This document shows, piece by piece, positions 1 through 19,203 of a stretch of DNA of 64,000 nt. The stretch comes from Eledone cirrhosa (lineage: Eukaryota). The notes under the pieces were generated by a model. The model was not told the origin of the DNA. It did no database searches and was given only the letters and a program-made list of their open reading frames with translations. The stretch lies in assembly GCA_964016885.1 (NCBI GenBank), contig OZ024740.1:221464001-221528000 (forward strand). Reading direction: 5' to 3'. The position numbers and the translations under genes are program-made. The stretch's first letter is position 1; every line of letters starts with the position of its first letter.

Positions 1-199
1 TTTGATAGGGATGTGGATGATGTTAGCAGGTTAAGTAACTTCTTTGAGATCTCTTGCCGGATGATCTTACTTAATGGGTTTTATTGGGACATCTATCGAT
101 AATTTTGCATTTTTTAATGGTAATCAGGTACAATAATATAACTGAAAGAATCCATTAGCAAAATATTCTCAATGTAAACGCAACTTCTAACATTGTTTT

Positions 200-365
200 G
201 TTGGCTGTGTGGTTAAGAAGTTCCTCCCTCATCTATATGGTTTAGGGTTCGATCCAATTGAACGGTACTTTAAGAAAATAACTTCTCTCTTATATTCGAG
301 GCTACCAGAACCTTATAAGAGAGAGAGAGAGAGAGCTTTTGACAGACACTGTGTAAAAACAGTCC
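200..365 (+). mobile_element. Degenerate tRNA-derived SINE
   Basis: A-box-like GGCTGTGTGGTTAAG and B-box-like GGTTCGATCC; resembles the head at 34345. Confidence 0.45.
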
Positions 366-1529
366 TGAGGCATCGTTCGTGTTCTAGGGCGATGGACTTA
401 ATCTGTCGCCCGGTTTTTACATCATCAAATGACCTCTGGGTAACTTTAAAGAAGTTCACTTTGTTTCAAATATTTGGGCTAGGTCTCCGGTTTGATTATT
501 TCTGTAGACTTGAAAGCCACAAGGAAGATCATAGTCATTGTTATTCTGTTTTTGACAAACTCATATAAAACAAATTAGCACCTACATACGAAGAGCATAA
601 TTTTGTAATTATGAAACGATATTATCATACTAATTGATCAGTTGAATTCGTTTTAATTATAAACTAATTTGGGAAAAATTTATATTCAAATCTTGAGGTG
701 TTTCATAATTAAGCTTTAATTTCGTACACTGTTTTCTTTTTTTTGCAAATAAATTTGAATTGTTTCATAAATTACAGCATATATTCAATAAAAATCTACA
801 TAATATATACAAATCCAATGTAAGCAGTTATTTGAAAATCAAATTGAGTAGTGTTGATATACAGCAGAGGTTTTCAAACTGAGTGTCTTAATACTATAGT
901 GTGTTGCCGATAATCTCTTGGTGGGAGTCGAAATTAAAAACTGCCTGATCAATTTTAACGAATACGTAATTAGCAGCGAAGTCTATTTGAGATCTGGCAA
1001 CTCTGCATACAAATAGACATGTGACTGGTGACACGTGATATGATATTTAATTGGTTATTATTTCGTTAATTTCATGTAGTTAAAATATAAAGAATCATGG
1101 AATATTTTAGCTGTTAATATCGCCAACGTGAAAATTTGACAAAACTCTAATATATAAGAAAGCTATATTTCTAAATTACATTTGTATTTCATACTATAAT
1201 TGGAAGATTTACAAAAGAAATCAACATTTAACAAAAGCTAATTCATTTAAAATGTATGATACTCAGGTAAGCCAAATAAATTACAACAAGTAATCTTTAA
1301 GAAATAATAAAGAGTACAATGCAGATAGAACTATAAAGATGGAACTAGAGTAAAAGGAATGACAAAACAAAGTAATGTTTTTAGTCTATATATTTCAAAG
1401 TAAAAACCTTTTCAAATGATTTACGATGGATGCAGGAAAATGAAATGTTCTGTTCTCCCGAATTTTTCCTGTTTTGTGTGTGTGACTGACTGTTAGTGGA
1501 GGTGTGAAATGCGCAGACCGTCTATAACG

Positions 1530-1790
1530 GTTCTGATTCATTATTTATGCTCGGGATATGTCTGTTTATAATGAAAGTTTATTAATTCGTAAATTATTCA
1601 CCTTCGTGGCCTCTATGGTGATCACAATGTCTCGTGTGTAACATTTTTTTAGGTGTCGTTTGACAAAGAAAGCTCTCATGGACGTGTTTTCTTTGATGTG
1701 TGACATCCAGACTGTGCTTCCAATGTATGAGCTACCATAGTTTCTGCCAACCACATACAATATCATGCACATTTCCACGTGTTGAATTTA
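1530..1790 (-). pseudogene. Penelope-like GIY-YIG endonuclease fragment
   Basis: Minus-strand translation ...GSSYIGST...FVKRHLKKC...LRI...FIINRHIPSINN resembles a PLE GIY-YIG C-terminus; frameshifted. Confidence 0.5.
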
Positions 1791-1852
1791 GACTATTTAT
1801 AACCACAGTTAATAAATAGTAAAAATTTAAACAAATGTACACCTAACAACGT

Positions 1853-2136
1853 GGACGCACGTGGACTAGTGGTGAGGGTGTTGGACTTACGATCACAATG
1901 TCGTGGGTTCGATTCATAGGTTGTGTGTTGTGTTCATGAGCAAAACACTTCATTTCCCGTGGCTCCAGTATACTCAGCTGAAAATGAGTACCAGCAATAG
2001 CTGGGGGTCTAACCCTGCGATGGACTGGCGTCCAGTCCAGCGATGAGTCTTGTATTCTCAGTCACTTAACGCCATAGAAACCAAGATTAGCACCAGCCTG
2101 ATGAGCCTCCGGGCATGAGACAGACTTTAGACTTTT
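1853..2136 (+). mobile_element. tRNA-derived SINE with Meta-like central domain
   Basis: A box GTGGACTAGTGG, B box GGTTCGATTC, then AACCCTGCGATGGACTGGCGTCC and ACTTT tail; second copy at 29968-30237. Confidence 0.75.
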
Positions 2137-3514
2137 AAACACACAACAGAAGATATTACCTATATATGCTTTATGGCTAATTGACTGTTCATCTGTAGAA
2201 AAATATCTTTGATCCTTCTGTCCACAAATAAAGCTTTAGTCGAATGTTATTTCCCTATCAAATACAAATTAAGAATTAACAGAAATAACCTGTCTAATTT
2301 GCATGATGTTCATTCTTCGGTGTCGCAAATAATTGGTTGCATGGACAGAAGGATAGTGGTTCTTGCTTACCGAGGAACGGCCAATTAACCGTGAAACACA
2401 AATCCCGGTAGTTCAAGATCTCGTCTCTTTCAGCTATCTACACCGACATTTCTAGGCTTAACGCTTTTCATACCAAACTATACGAAAATACCCCTGAATC
2501 AACGATAGAAGACTATATATTTTAAAGTGTTTGCATTTATATAAAAATAACAAAGAAGTTAGTTATACTATTTTTTGATTTGAAAACCATAGTAACGGGT
2601 GGGTTAACATCGCTGATTATTGTTTTCTACTTGCTTCTGTCATTGAATTGTAGCCACGTTGGAATACTACTTTCAAGATAGACATAGAAACAAAATAGAC
2701 AACGGTTTGATCTGAACATCCAAATGTGTTATGTTTCGTTGCTCTCTTCACGTAAGTATAATTTGGGGTTGGTAAAATAAATACAAATAACATTTTGATA
2801 TCGATTCTATAAATTCTACTTTTTGTATAAATTTGTTGCCTTTTGCAAATGTGAGAAAACGGCGTTAGAGAATGAAGGAATAGCTACTGCAAAAATTGAC
2901 AACCTGAATTTATTTCAGCAAACGATCATGCTATTTTCTCAAGCTATTTGATTGAAATGCCTTCATGAAGAATAAATGAGAGTTGTTAAGATGCTAAGAT
3001 ACTAAATTGAATTCTGTTCTAATTTTACGTCGAACATTTCCTAATTTCGATTTAGTATTAACTATTTTGCATGTTTCACGCAATTTTATCTACTAAGTTT
3101 ATAGTTATTACTTTCACACCAAATCGTATATATTCTTAGATTAAAAGACCAGTCTCTAGTAGTGGTTGTGAAAGCCGTCTAATATAAGAATGAAAGAGAG
3201 AAGGAAGATAAAAACAACATTGGTCATGTGTATCTGACATATTATTCATTTAGAGTTAGTGACGATTTTCTTTTGTCTCACCATTCCAAACGAAATTCAA
3301 TATAAAGAAAGAAAAAGAAATATCACCAGCTTTTCAAATAGACAATTAGAATCACACCAAGTAATTACTTATTTAATTAATAAACCGAAAATAGGACACA
3401 GATGTATTGATTATCAGCTCGGGAAAAAAAATTATTCGCCTTCGATGAAATATTTCCTGCAAGTTTGGATTGTAAATGACCCACTTAGCTGGAAAAATAA
3501 TTCCTTTCGGATAA

Positions 3515-3990
<476 letters not shown>

Positions 3991-4734
3991 GAGCCTGCAC
4001 ATACTTTTGTATGGGTTGATGGAGAAAGACAGAGAAAATGGGGAGAAGAATGAGGTGTTCATGAACATACTCCTGCTAGTTCAGTTATATATATATATTT
4101 GTATATACATGTGTACGTGTATACGTGTGTATGTGTGTATAACACAAATATTACGATTTGCAGTTTCCTTATATGCAATGTAAAAACCAAATAATCCTCT
4201 TACGATTTAACTATAAGTATACATTTTTTTTTTTCGTTTCTCCTTTTAACCTTTACTGGTTTGTTTTGTAAATAAGATAACAAAAAAGCACCAGCACAAG
4301 CACCAGCACCAACACTTGCACCATCACTGCCATCGATCACCAACTGTACCATCCCCAATAATAACATTTCTTACAACAACAATAACAAATATAACATTGA
4401 AAATACATTATTGGACAAAGCGTTAGAGAAGAACTATTCAAAACGAATACAATATCTTAATTCGAAATCGATTAAAATTAATGGGTTGTTCTGTACGTGT
4501 GCAGCGTATTCGATTTTATCAGCCAATGCGAGGGAAACATCAAATTAAGTTCATCTATTCTATAAGTACGGAGAAGAATCATTTATGAATAAATATACAC
4601 AATGAACAGATTTTTTTTTATTAAAAAAATCGAAAGAAAATCGAAATATTTCTTGAAAACACTGCACGATTTGTTGTGTAATGTTGTCTAAGGTTACAAT
4701 ATCTGACAAACGGAAATTAGCATGAAGTTTATTG

Positions 4735-4875
4735 TAATTTATGACCTTTCCCAACATCCTTCTGCTGACACTGATGAAGTCTGAAATCGCCTTGTTTGTC
4801 CTTCCGCCGTGGATTCCAAGGAGAACTCCATGCCTCTTCCATAAATTGGGAGGTTCAATATTGTCCATAGTCAAT
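4735..4875 (-). pseudogene. Possible Tc1/mariner transposase N-terminal (HTH) remnant
   Basis: MDNIEPPNLWKRHGVLLGIHGGRTNKAISDFISVSRRML resembles a transposase HTH start; nothing downstream is recognisable. Confidence 0.35.
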
Positions 4876-5021
4876 TATTCTGCAAAAAAAGGAATGCGAA
4901 AATGGTTATTGTTTTTAAGCAAAGAAAAATAGAAAAAAGACCGACAACGAAAGTATGAATAAAATTAGAAGTTGAAAATTGCGAACGTATACCATCTGCA
5001 TCATGTATGTATGTATGTATG

Positions 5022-9616
<4,595 letters not shown>

Positions 9617-10219
9617 ATGTATGTATGTATGTATATATGATGTATTTTTCTCCCTCAACCTAAACTATGTCCCATTGATATTTACTAACAATTCTTTCAA
9701 CCTTAAAAAAAATTTTTTTCTTTCAAGATAAGAAGAAAAAAAACATTTAAAAAAAAATTTGAGCACCACACATTCTCTCACACACACACTCAAACGTTTC
9801 GAAGCCATATTTTCCACTAAAGTTGGTGTTTGCATTGGCAGCTCCATGACCCGTGGTTCTTTCTGAGGTAATGTCAACCATTTTAGTTGCCACATGTGGC
9901 ATGGCATACAGTGTATCTGTTCTAAGCTGGATACACACAGAAACATTTGAACATCATAAAATACCTTATCTAAAACACATCAACTCCTTTAATATTTTTT
10001 CCCCTTCTAAACAAATATTTTCAAAATTTAAACATTATAGATGTAATTAAACTTCTTATTTGAAATTTATAACATACAAAAACAACTTTGCCTTAATTTT
10101 ATTATTTGAAAATTCTCACCTTCATTTTATATTTAATAACTAAATAGCCTGATGCACGTGTTTGACAATATCAAAAGGTTGAAACATACTGCAGCTTGTA
10201 ACAAAATGATTTGATATAG

Positions 10220-10262
10220 TTGTGTGTGTGTATATGTATTTATATATGTGTGTGTCTGTATG

Positions 10263-10305
<43 letters not shown>

Positions 10306-10884
10306 TTATATATATATGTGTGTGTGTTTATATATATATGTGTGTGTGTTTATATATATATGTGTGTGTGTTTATATATATATGTGTGTATATATGTATG
10401 TATGTTTATATATATGGGTATGTATGTATGTATGTATATATATATGTATGTATATATATATGTATGTATATATGTATGTATGTATGTATATGTGTATGTA
10501 TGTATATATATATGTATCTATATATATATGTATGTATATATGTATGTATATGTATATGTATGTATATATATATGTATGTATATATATATGTATGTATATA
10601 TATATGTATGTATATATATATGTATGTATATATATATATATGTATGTATATATATATGTATGTACATATGTATGTATGTATATATATATGTATGTATATA
10701 TATATATGTATGTATATATATATGTATGTATATATATATGTATGTATATATATATGTATGTATATATATATCTATATATATATCTATGTATATATATATA
10801 TGTTTGTATATATGTATGTATATATATATGTTTGTATATATGTATGTATATATATATGTATGTATGTATGTATATATGTATGTA

Positions 10885-10920
<36 letters not shown>

Positions 10921-10962
10921 TGTATGTATGTATGTATGTATGTATGTATATATATATGTATG

Positions 10963-10995
<33 letters not shown>

Positions 10996-11073
10996 GTATA
11001 TATGTATGCATATATGTATGTATGTATATATGTATGCATATATGTATGTATGTATGTATATATGTATGTATAT
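10220..11073. repeat. Long compound (TA)n/(TATG)n microsatellite
   Basis: About 850 bp of TA, TG and TATG units. Confidence 0.95.
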
Positions 11074-11484
11074 GGGAGAGATGACCCCTTAGCCTTTGTC
11101 AAGGCAGAATTCTAGGAGAAGGAAAACTCTGATATAACACCTGCAACTCTGATGGTATCCAATGATGTTGACTTGTTCTTCTTTTTGGTAAATATCATCT
11201 TGGTTAAGAGAGTGGGACTGGCTTTGTGCAGTGCCTTTGCTCACTATAAAAGCTTCACGGCACAGGCATTGCTTTATATCTGGAGATCTCCCTGCACTTG
11301 TCGTCACATGGTACCATGGGCCCAGCACTAAGTGTCAATAATTGTCACAAGTGTAGTGTTTGTACCAGAGTTTTCAAGTCGCTGGCTGGACTAAAAAGTC
11401 ACACTCGTTCAGTGCATCGGTAGGGGTTCTCCTACATGGATATAAAGTAGTGGCCGTACTCGAAAACGAGTTGGCAGCCACCAT
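11074..11484 (+). mobile_element. Non-autonomous RTE derivative, family B, 5'-truncated copy
   Basis: Near-identical to 11827-12237; contains CTAGGAGAAGGAAAACTCTGA and a C2H2 remnant CHKCSVCTRVFKSLAGLKSHTRSVHR* from 11343. Confidence 0.85.
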
Positions 11485-11643
11485 TATGTATGTATGTATG
11501 TTTCTATGATGTATATATGTATGTATGATGTATATATGTATGTATGATGTATGTATGATGTATGTATGTATGTATGTATGTATGTATGTATGTATGTATG
11601 TATGTATGTATGTATGTATGTATGTATGTATGTATGATGCATG

Positions 11644-12237
11644 GTGCTACTGGTAACATGTATCCCAGTACAACCTGTCCCATGGTCGGGTCGTTCGCGA
11701 CTAAATTGACAACCCCACCAAGGTTTCTTGGTGAGGAGGGTGACTTTGGACATCCTGCAGGACTAAAAACAAAACCTGTCAAAGGGCAAAGGACCTCTTA
11801 AGAGTCAATGGCCATCCACAATCACCGGGAGAGATGACCCCTTAGCCTTTGTCAAGGCAGAATTCTAGGAGAAGGAAAACTCTGATATAACACCTGTAAC
11901 CCTGATGGTATCCAATGACGTTGACTTGTTCTTCTTTTTGGTAAATATCATCTTGGTTAAGAGAGTGGGACTGGCTTTGTGCAGTGTCTTTGCTCACTAT
12001 AAAAGCTTCACGGCACAGGCATTACTTTATATCTGAAGACCTCTCTGCACTTGTCGTTATATGGTACCATGGGCCCAACACTATATGTCAATAATTGTCA
12101 CAAGTGTAGTGTTTGTACCAGAGTTTTCAAGTCGCTGGCTGGACAAAAAAGTCACACTCGTTCAGCGCATCGGTAGGGGTTCTCCTACATGGATATAAAG
12201 TAGTGGCCATACTCGAAAACGAGTTGGCAGCCACCAT
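11644..12237 (+). mobile_element. Non-autonomous RTE derivative, family B (5'UTR + last zinc finger + 3'UTR)
   Basis: 5' part homologous to family A; 3' part has the terminal C2H2 finger and TGGCC-ACTCG-AAAA-CGAGT-GCAGCCA; (TATG)n flanks. Confidence 0.85.
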
Positions 12238-12292
12238 GATGCATGTATGTATGATGTATATATGTATGTATGTATGGATGGATGGATGTTAT

Positions 12293-12828
12293 GTCAGGTC
12301 ACTGTCAAGTGCTACTGATAACATGTAACCCAGTACAACTTGTCTCGGGTCATCGATGACTAAACCGCCAACTCCACCAAGCTTGTTTGGTGAGGAGGGG
12401 GATTTTGGACACCCTGCGGGATGAAATACAAGACCAGGCAAGGCAAAGGGCGGAGGAACTCAGCAGAGTCAACAGCCATCCAAATAGTACCTTTTTTTTA
12501 ACCTGGGAGTGAAAGGCCGCCAGTTGTTGTCACAACACCTTTCTAAGAGAGGAAAACTCTGAACCCCCCCCCCCCAAAAAAAAAAAACCGCGGCTTCAGA
12601 GCATCCGATAATGTCGACCGGTTCTCCTTTTCAGGTAGCGTTTTCGATGCTCAGAGAGTGGCATTGGTCGAGTGCAAGACCTTTACCCACTTAACAAGCC
12701 TTCAAAGCACAAGCATTGCTTGTTCAGGATCTGTTACAGGTTTGTGTGGCTGGCCGTAGCCTAAAAGTGCACCAGTTTCGATAATCTGACAAACGATTGC
12801 AATACACTTAGCAGAGTTTGCAGCCATC
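12293..12828 (+). mobile_element. Non-autonomous RTE derivative, family C
   Basis: Diverged homologue of the A/B 5' region; ends GCAGCCATC(ATGT)n. Confidence 0.8.
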
Positions 12829-12904
12829 ATGTATGTATGTATGCCGATATGCATACATACATGTATGTATGTATGTATGTATGTATGTATGTATGTATGT
12901 ATGT

Positions 12905-14019
12905 CACTTAGGATTAGGAAAGCAAGTGATGCTTTCGGAAAGCTAGAAAGGCGACTCTGGGGTCGGCGAGACATGTGCAGGAGGACAAAGGTAAAGGTGT
13001 ACAAGGCATGTGTGCTCTCTTCTCTTCTTTATGCCTGCGAGACCTGGGTCACATATCGATACCACCTTAAGCAATTGGAGCGTTTCCATCAGATGTGTCT
13101 CAGACGGATCCATGGCGTTCACTGGAGGGACCACATCAGTGATGTCGAGATTTTGGAAAGCTCTATGTGTGACAGTATAGAAGCTCTTGTGCTTAGGTAA
13201 CGACTCCGTTGGAGTGGTCACCTTGCCAGGATGAAGGATTCTAGAATACCAAAACAACCCTTTTATGGAGAGTTGGTTAAAGGAAAACGTCCGCCACATA
13301 AACCCCAAAAGAGGTATAAGGACTCCTTGAAAGCCTCTTTAAAAGACGCTAACATCTCTGCTGATACATGGGAAAATATTGCTGTTGATCGTAATAAATG
13401 GAGAAAGAATGTATATGAGGGAAAAGTTGCCTTTGAGGCATCTCGAATCGCATACGAGAATGTAAAGCGGGATGTGAGGAAGGGCATTGCTATTGCACTT
13501 CCAGACGGCGAGGGTCCTCCTATGGTGCTGACATGCAGCGTCTGTGTGAGACTCTGCCTAAGCAAAGCCGGACTCGAAAGTCATCTTCGCAGTCATAAAG
13601 TAAGACTAGTGGTTGACTACCAGGCTGCTGTTGGAGATGCTACTCATCATGCTTGCCATACATGTGGAAGAGAATGTAAATCAGCAGGAGGGCTCAAGCG
13701 ACATGCAAAAGTACACGAACTCCAACCACAGCCGACTATTCCCAGTGAATGTTTTGGTTGCCGACTCTGTGCAAGGCATTTTAGATCATTGGTTGGGCTA
13801 AAAAGCCACATTCGATCGCAGCGCTGTTAGTTGCTATCGTGTGTGTATAGATATGTTTATGTGTGTGCGTGTATGTGTATATATATATGTATATGTATAT
13901 TATTATTGTTGTTGTCGTTATTATTATTGTTGTTGTTATTATTATTATTATTATTGTTATTAATGTATATGTGTGTGTGTATATGTGTGTGTGTGTATAT
14001 ATGTATGTGTATGTGTGTG

Positions 14020-14068
<49 letters not shown>

Positions 14069-14143
14069 TTTTATTATTTTTTATTTATTAATTTTTTTTC
14101 TCCTCGTGCAATGGCCATACTCGATAACGAGGGGGCAGCCATC
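12905..14143 (+). mobile_element. RTE-clade LINE 3' fragment (RT C-terminus + three C2H2 zinc fingers + 3'UTR)
   Basis: RIRKASDAFGKL..LLYACETW..LERFHQMCLRRI..RLRWSGHLARM..RIPKQ; three CxxC...H fingers to 13830; one internal stop at 13198; (ATGT)n tail. Confidence 0.9.
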
Positions 14144-14213
14144 ATGTATGTATGTATGTATGTATGTATGTATGTATGTATGTATGTATGTATGTATGTA
14201 TGTATGTATGTAT

Positions 14214-17200
14214 GTTTCTCTTTCTCTTAATTTCGAGAACATTTTTGACCGGCCACCTTCCTGGTGGCAAGGTCGTAAAAGAAAAGAAATTGTCATCCCT
14301 TGAATCGCAAGAATGTTTTGCAAATTTTGAAGGTGCCAGCTATCGCAGCCATTTGTAGACTATGAATTAGGGAGCTGCGCTCTCTGTCCGCAAATCCAAG
14401 TTCAGTCATACTTTGGTCGAAGCAGGTTGGTATATAACCCGTAGCTCCAATAATGATGGGTATGAAGCTAAAGGTGCATCTTGGATACTGGATTTGTAAA
14501 CTCCTCATCAATGGTCCGTAGATGTCCTCCTTCTCCTGTATTTTTCTGACAACGTTTACATCAAGTGGGCAGCTGATCTCCACAACAGAACACGTTTTCA
14601 ATGTGTGATCCCAAACAACAATATCAGGCCGGCTGTGCTTTAATTTGGTGGCAGTTTTTATTTTCAGTATTCCTTAGTGCCATCTGTCTCAATATATTCT
14701 TCCTTGTTTGTTGTTAATTTTGTTTTCCGAAGTGCGTTCCAGATGGTTCTAGCTATCCCATCGTGTCTCATGGGAGGTAGTAGCGAGATGACATTCTTTC
14801 GCAGCTGGCAACAATGTGGCTTACATCCTCGATCTTTGTTTTACATAGCCTACATTTATTGTCAGCTGATGGCCCTCCCCTTTTGTGCAGCAGATATTTG
14901 GTAGGGAGTTCTTGTTCCTGTATTGCATAGAGATATTCCTCAAGGTGTGATGTCATAAACCTGTCGGAACTCCATGCCAGGCTTTTTGAGTGGTTTATCC
15001 CCTCTATGGTCTGTGTTTTACGCCTCAAGTATCCATGCACAACTTTTTCTGTAAATTGGTCAATTATTTCATCTTGTTTGAAAATTAAATAGGATCTTCC
15101 GATTTCTCTGGGTGAGAGATTTATATCAAGCTTTATTCCATATCTCTCCTCCAGATCAGTGGCTATTCTAATGATATTTTTTTTCATGCTCATAAACCTG
15201 GGCAAGATGGTTGCCAACCTTTTTCCTCTGTTGAAGATGTTGCTTCAGTGTTACTATCCGGGTCTCATATGATATTAATATGGATTTTAGACCCCGGCCA
15301 CCTTCTTTGCGTGAGAAGTATAGCCTATCCACATCACCATTGATGTTAAAGTTCCCAGTAACACTGAGAAGTTTGCGAGTTCTAACATCCATCTCACTTA
15401 GTTCTTGCAATGACCAGTTCAGCAGGCCAAATATTGGCTTTAGAATTGGCACAGCATAAGTATTGTGGGCAATGTATTTGTTGTACGCTGACAGTTCTGA
15501 TGACCATATTTTCTTTACTCTTCTGAGGTATGCAGTCCTGGTTCTCTCCTTATTTATGGGTCCATCATATCTGACATTCTCATCCTGTCCAAGATATCTC
15601 TAGTTGTCACCTGACTGCAGAGGTTGTATTGTCAGGCCGTTCATCTCTAGATTTCTAGAGGAGGGCACAGCTCTTCCACGTTTTACTGCCAAATATGCAC
15701 ACTTGGACTCATCAAATTTCATTTCGATGTCTGTTGAAAATTGTGTAATGAGGTCCAATTGTTTCTTGATGTCATTGATATTTGGCCCATACAGCTTCAG
15801 GTCATCAACAAAGAAAATATGGGAGATACTTCTGGACCCACTTCTTTGTCCACCTTGTTTCCTGAGTAGGTAAGATAGTGGATTTAGTGAGAGAAAGAAG
15901 AGTAGCACTGACAAGCTATCACCCTGAAAGATGCCCTTCTGGTAATGTATCTTATCAGTCTTAACTTGCTCCTTCTCCCCTCTAAGGATCAAATTGGTGT
16001 ACCAGTTCTTGGTCAGACGTTCAACAGCAGCTACCAGTGGTTGTGGGACTTTGGCTAACTGTAAAGCCTTAACAATCAACCCATGAGGTACACTATCAAA
16101 TGATTTTTGATAGTCCAGCTGCACCACAGTCATGTTTCTGCGATTCTTTGGTGTTTTTTCTTGAATCATTTTATTAGTTAGTAAGTGATCTATGCAACCC
16201 AACACCTTCCTCTTTCCATCAGTTTGCTCAGGTGTTATGATGTTGTTGGTAGCACAGTGATCCTGTAAGAACAGGTTAAGGCACCCAGTAATAATTTATA
16301 CATGGTGTTTTAGCAGGCTATTGGGCGGTAACTTTTAGCAAGGGTGGTTTGGCTATTTTGGGGAATGAGGAGAGTAGTGGCAGTTGATAACCATCTGGGC
16401 AGTTCTTGTGTGCCTTTAATGATTTCTGATAACAGCCGTATGAGATATTGCCGATAGAAAGTGAAATTCTTCAACCAGTATCCTGTAATGAGGTCTGGGC
16501 CTGGTGATTTCCTATTCGACATTTTCTGTAGAGCTGTTTCCAGTATTGACCCATCTATGTCATATTGTTTTGTCTGGACATGTTGGCAGTAGTCCTGTTG
16601 CAGTTCTTTTAGCCAATTAGTTTATCTGTTGAATCCGTCATCCGTTTCCCATACAGATCTCCAGTAGCTCTCAACCTGTTCTTTTGAAGGGGGTGTAATT
16701 TACAGAGATTGAGTTTTTGCCACCGAAGCTGCGATAAACTGATTTAGGATCTCTGGCAAACAATCTATTTAGCACTTGTCGTTTATGTGCTGTTGACTTA
16801 TATTTTAGTCTTTCTGTTGTAGCTGTGAGTTGTTGTTTCAACTGGTGTAATTTGGAGTTTTAAGTTTTAAATTTTGTATCTCCAAATCGTCTCCCCAACT
16901 TTTTTTTAGTTCTTCCTGGTGTCGTGTGAAGTTGCTCTCTATGTTGCATTTCATAACGACTGCGATGTGTGAGATACTTCGTCTCAGGGACAACATTTTG
17001 CTTTTTAAATTTCTCATCCACGCTGGTTCAGGCTTTTTGTTTGTATCTTGATTGCGTGGTTTTAGATGTTTGTTATATGATAGCAATGTGACAGCTGAAA
17101 CATATAACAAAATGTTAAGTGTTTCAAATGTCGTTTCTACACCTTTAGATCGTATAGCCTTCAAATAATTGTCAGCTATTTCGTTCACCGATTCCAATTC

Positions 17201-18381
17201 CAATTTAGTGGGTTCTTTACTGATTCTGGTGTTGTATGGTCTGTCACTCACATTAAGGCTGTGTATCTCTTGAAACATATCGTTCCATGTCACTTGTAAG
17301 GTGTCCACAAGTTTTTGGTGTTCTGTTTGTACAGTAGAATCATAATTTTCAGCCTCGTCGTTGATGTGGTGATAATTACTACTAGAGTTAGTTGACCATT
17401 CTCGCTGTTCTTCAGTGGAAGTGGGATGGATTTCAGTAAAATTGTTGGTGAGCTGTTCACTGTTAGATTTAGCTGGCCATTCTCTTTGTCTGTCAGTGGA
17501 GGTGGGGTGGTTGTCTACAAGGGCTGTATTCAATTCCGTTAGATGTATCAATTTACATCTAATGATACGTTTTGCCTGTTCATCTTTGGAGAAAAGTCTA
17601 ATTCTGGGTGCTTGAAGTTCCATAAAGTTTTTAGCCTTTGCATAAAACCGGACTTTTGGGGTTCAGATTGTTTGTATGCTTCATATAATTCTTTGTTAAG
17701 CTCGTAGCTCCACTGTATACAACGGTTGTAGTTGCGATTTGGTCGAAGGAGACTTGTACGTTTTGCCATGATGAGTTCGTTTATTCACTAATATTTTGTA
17801 TTTATTTTTCAAAATAGTCGATGATCTTCTTTAAAAGTTTCGACAAAGTTCTGTCAGAATCAAATTTAAAGTTATTCACAGCTTGAGTAACATTTCTTTT
17901 CAGTTAGTTTTTAATTCCGCAACTGTGTTTTAAACGTTGTTCTTGAATCGTTTGAATCGAGAACAAAAAAACCGTTCCTTAGTATATTTTTTTATGAATG
18001 TAATATATGATAACGCTGTATTTATATGTTAAAGTTTATGTATCATTCATATAAATAGGTATTCTACAACATATTCACAGTTCAAACACTTATGTTTTTG
18101 TTTCTGAATCGAAAACGTTACTTGCATATTTCTTTATAAATGTAATATAACAAGGTTGCATTTATATGTTAAAGTGTGTTTCGTTCATATATCATAAGTG
18201 TATGTATCATTCATATAAATAGGTGTTTTACAACACACTTACAGTTCAAACACTTATGTAGAATTATGTAATCTTACCGCCTAATGTAGCTCAATTCTTT
18301 CCAATATATGGTATGTTGCCTTCATGTAAGCCGTAATTACACACGCCCGATTATCGGACATTGACCATAACGGTCGCCATT
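14214..18381 (-). mobile_element. Second R4/Dong-like non-LTR retrotransposon, near full length, decayed
   Basis: W..ELN..LY..Y...GFMQRLK..W...HPE; KSPGPD; YRPIAC; LDYQKSFDSVPH; GIFQGDSLS; FVDDLKLY; CRLC..HIVASC; VEISCP..PIIIGATG; exact (TATG)n flanks at 14144-14213 and 18382-18419. Confidence 0.92.
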
Positions 18382-18509
18382 GTATGTATGTATGTATGTA
18401 TGTATGTATGTATGTATGTGGCGGTGGGGGGGGGGACGATTTGAGTCGTCTGACATGGATGATGGCTGGAGTTTCTTGTGCCTAGGGGACTTGTGGCTGG
18501 GGTGGGGCT

Positions 18510-18636
18510 CCGGCCGGATGGAGGGTGGCCTGGTGGTGGAACAGCACGGTGGATAATGGGGCCATTAGAGACAAAAGACTAACATGGAATGCTTGGGAAA
18601 ATGGTGCGAGTAGAGAAGGATGTACAGCCGCTAAGG
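18510..18636 (+). mobile_element. RTE LINE internal fragment
   Basis: WWWNSTVDN.AIRDKR..W.AW.NG.SRE...AAK, typical of the RTE APE-RT linker. Confidence 0.5.
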
Positions 18637-18718
18637 TAATAGATAGGTAAATAGATAGACTGATGCACAGATATCTAGATAGATTGATAGAGAGATAGAT
18701 ACATAGATATATAGATAG

Positions 18719-19203
18719 TATCATCACCACCATCATCATCATTTTACGTCCGCTTTTCTCTGCTTGCAAGGGTAGGACGGGTCCTATTCAGCACAGCATC
18801 TCTCCACTTGTCATGGTTCTTCGTCATCTCCTCCGTGAGTTTCAGCGATCTGATGTCCGCTCTCACCACTTCCGCCCATGTTTTTCGTGCCCTTCCTCTA
18901 CTGCATCTGCCTTCTACTGGGATTTCTTGGCACTACGTTACCCAGCGGTCATCTTCCATGCACAACACATGTCCATACCATCTCAGTCTTCTCTCCTGCA
19001 CACCACAACTTATCCCTCTTATACCCAGTTTCTTTCTCAACTCGTCTATGCTTGGTCGTTCACGCACATTGACATTGCACATCCAACGGATCATGCTTGC
19101 TTCATTTCTCTCCAGCCGTCGCATATCCTATGCAGTTGCTGCTCATGTCTCACTACCATGCATCATCGCGCATCTCATACAGGCATCATATAACCGTACC
19201 TTT
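18719..19203 (-). mobile_element. RTE LINE 3' end (different family, (ATG)n tail)
   Basis: MRRLERNEASMIRWMC..ELRKKLGI..QERRLRWYGHV..RGRARKTW; CAT repeats at 18720-18741. Confidence 0.85.

Noticed and set aside
2070-2125. CTGATGAG and GAAAC in the Meta-like SINE as a hammerhead
   Set aside because: No GAAA after stem II, and the second copy (about 30200) has lost the core (CAAATGAG)
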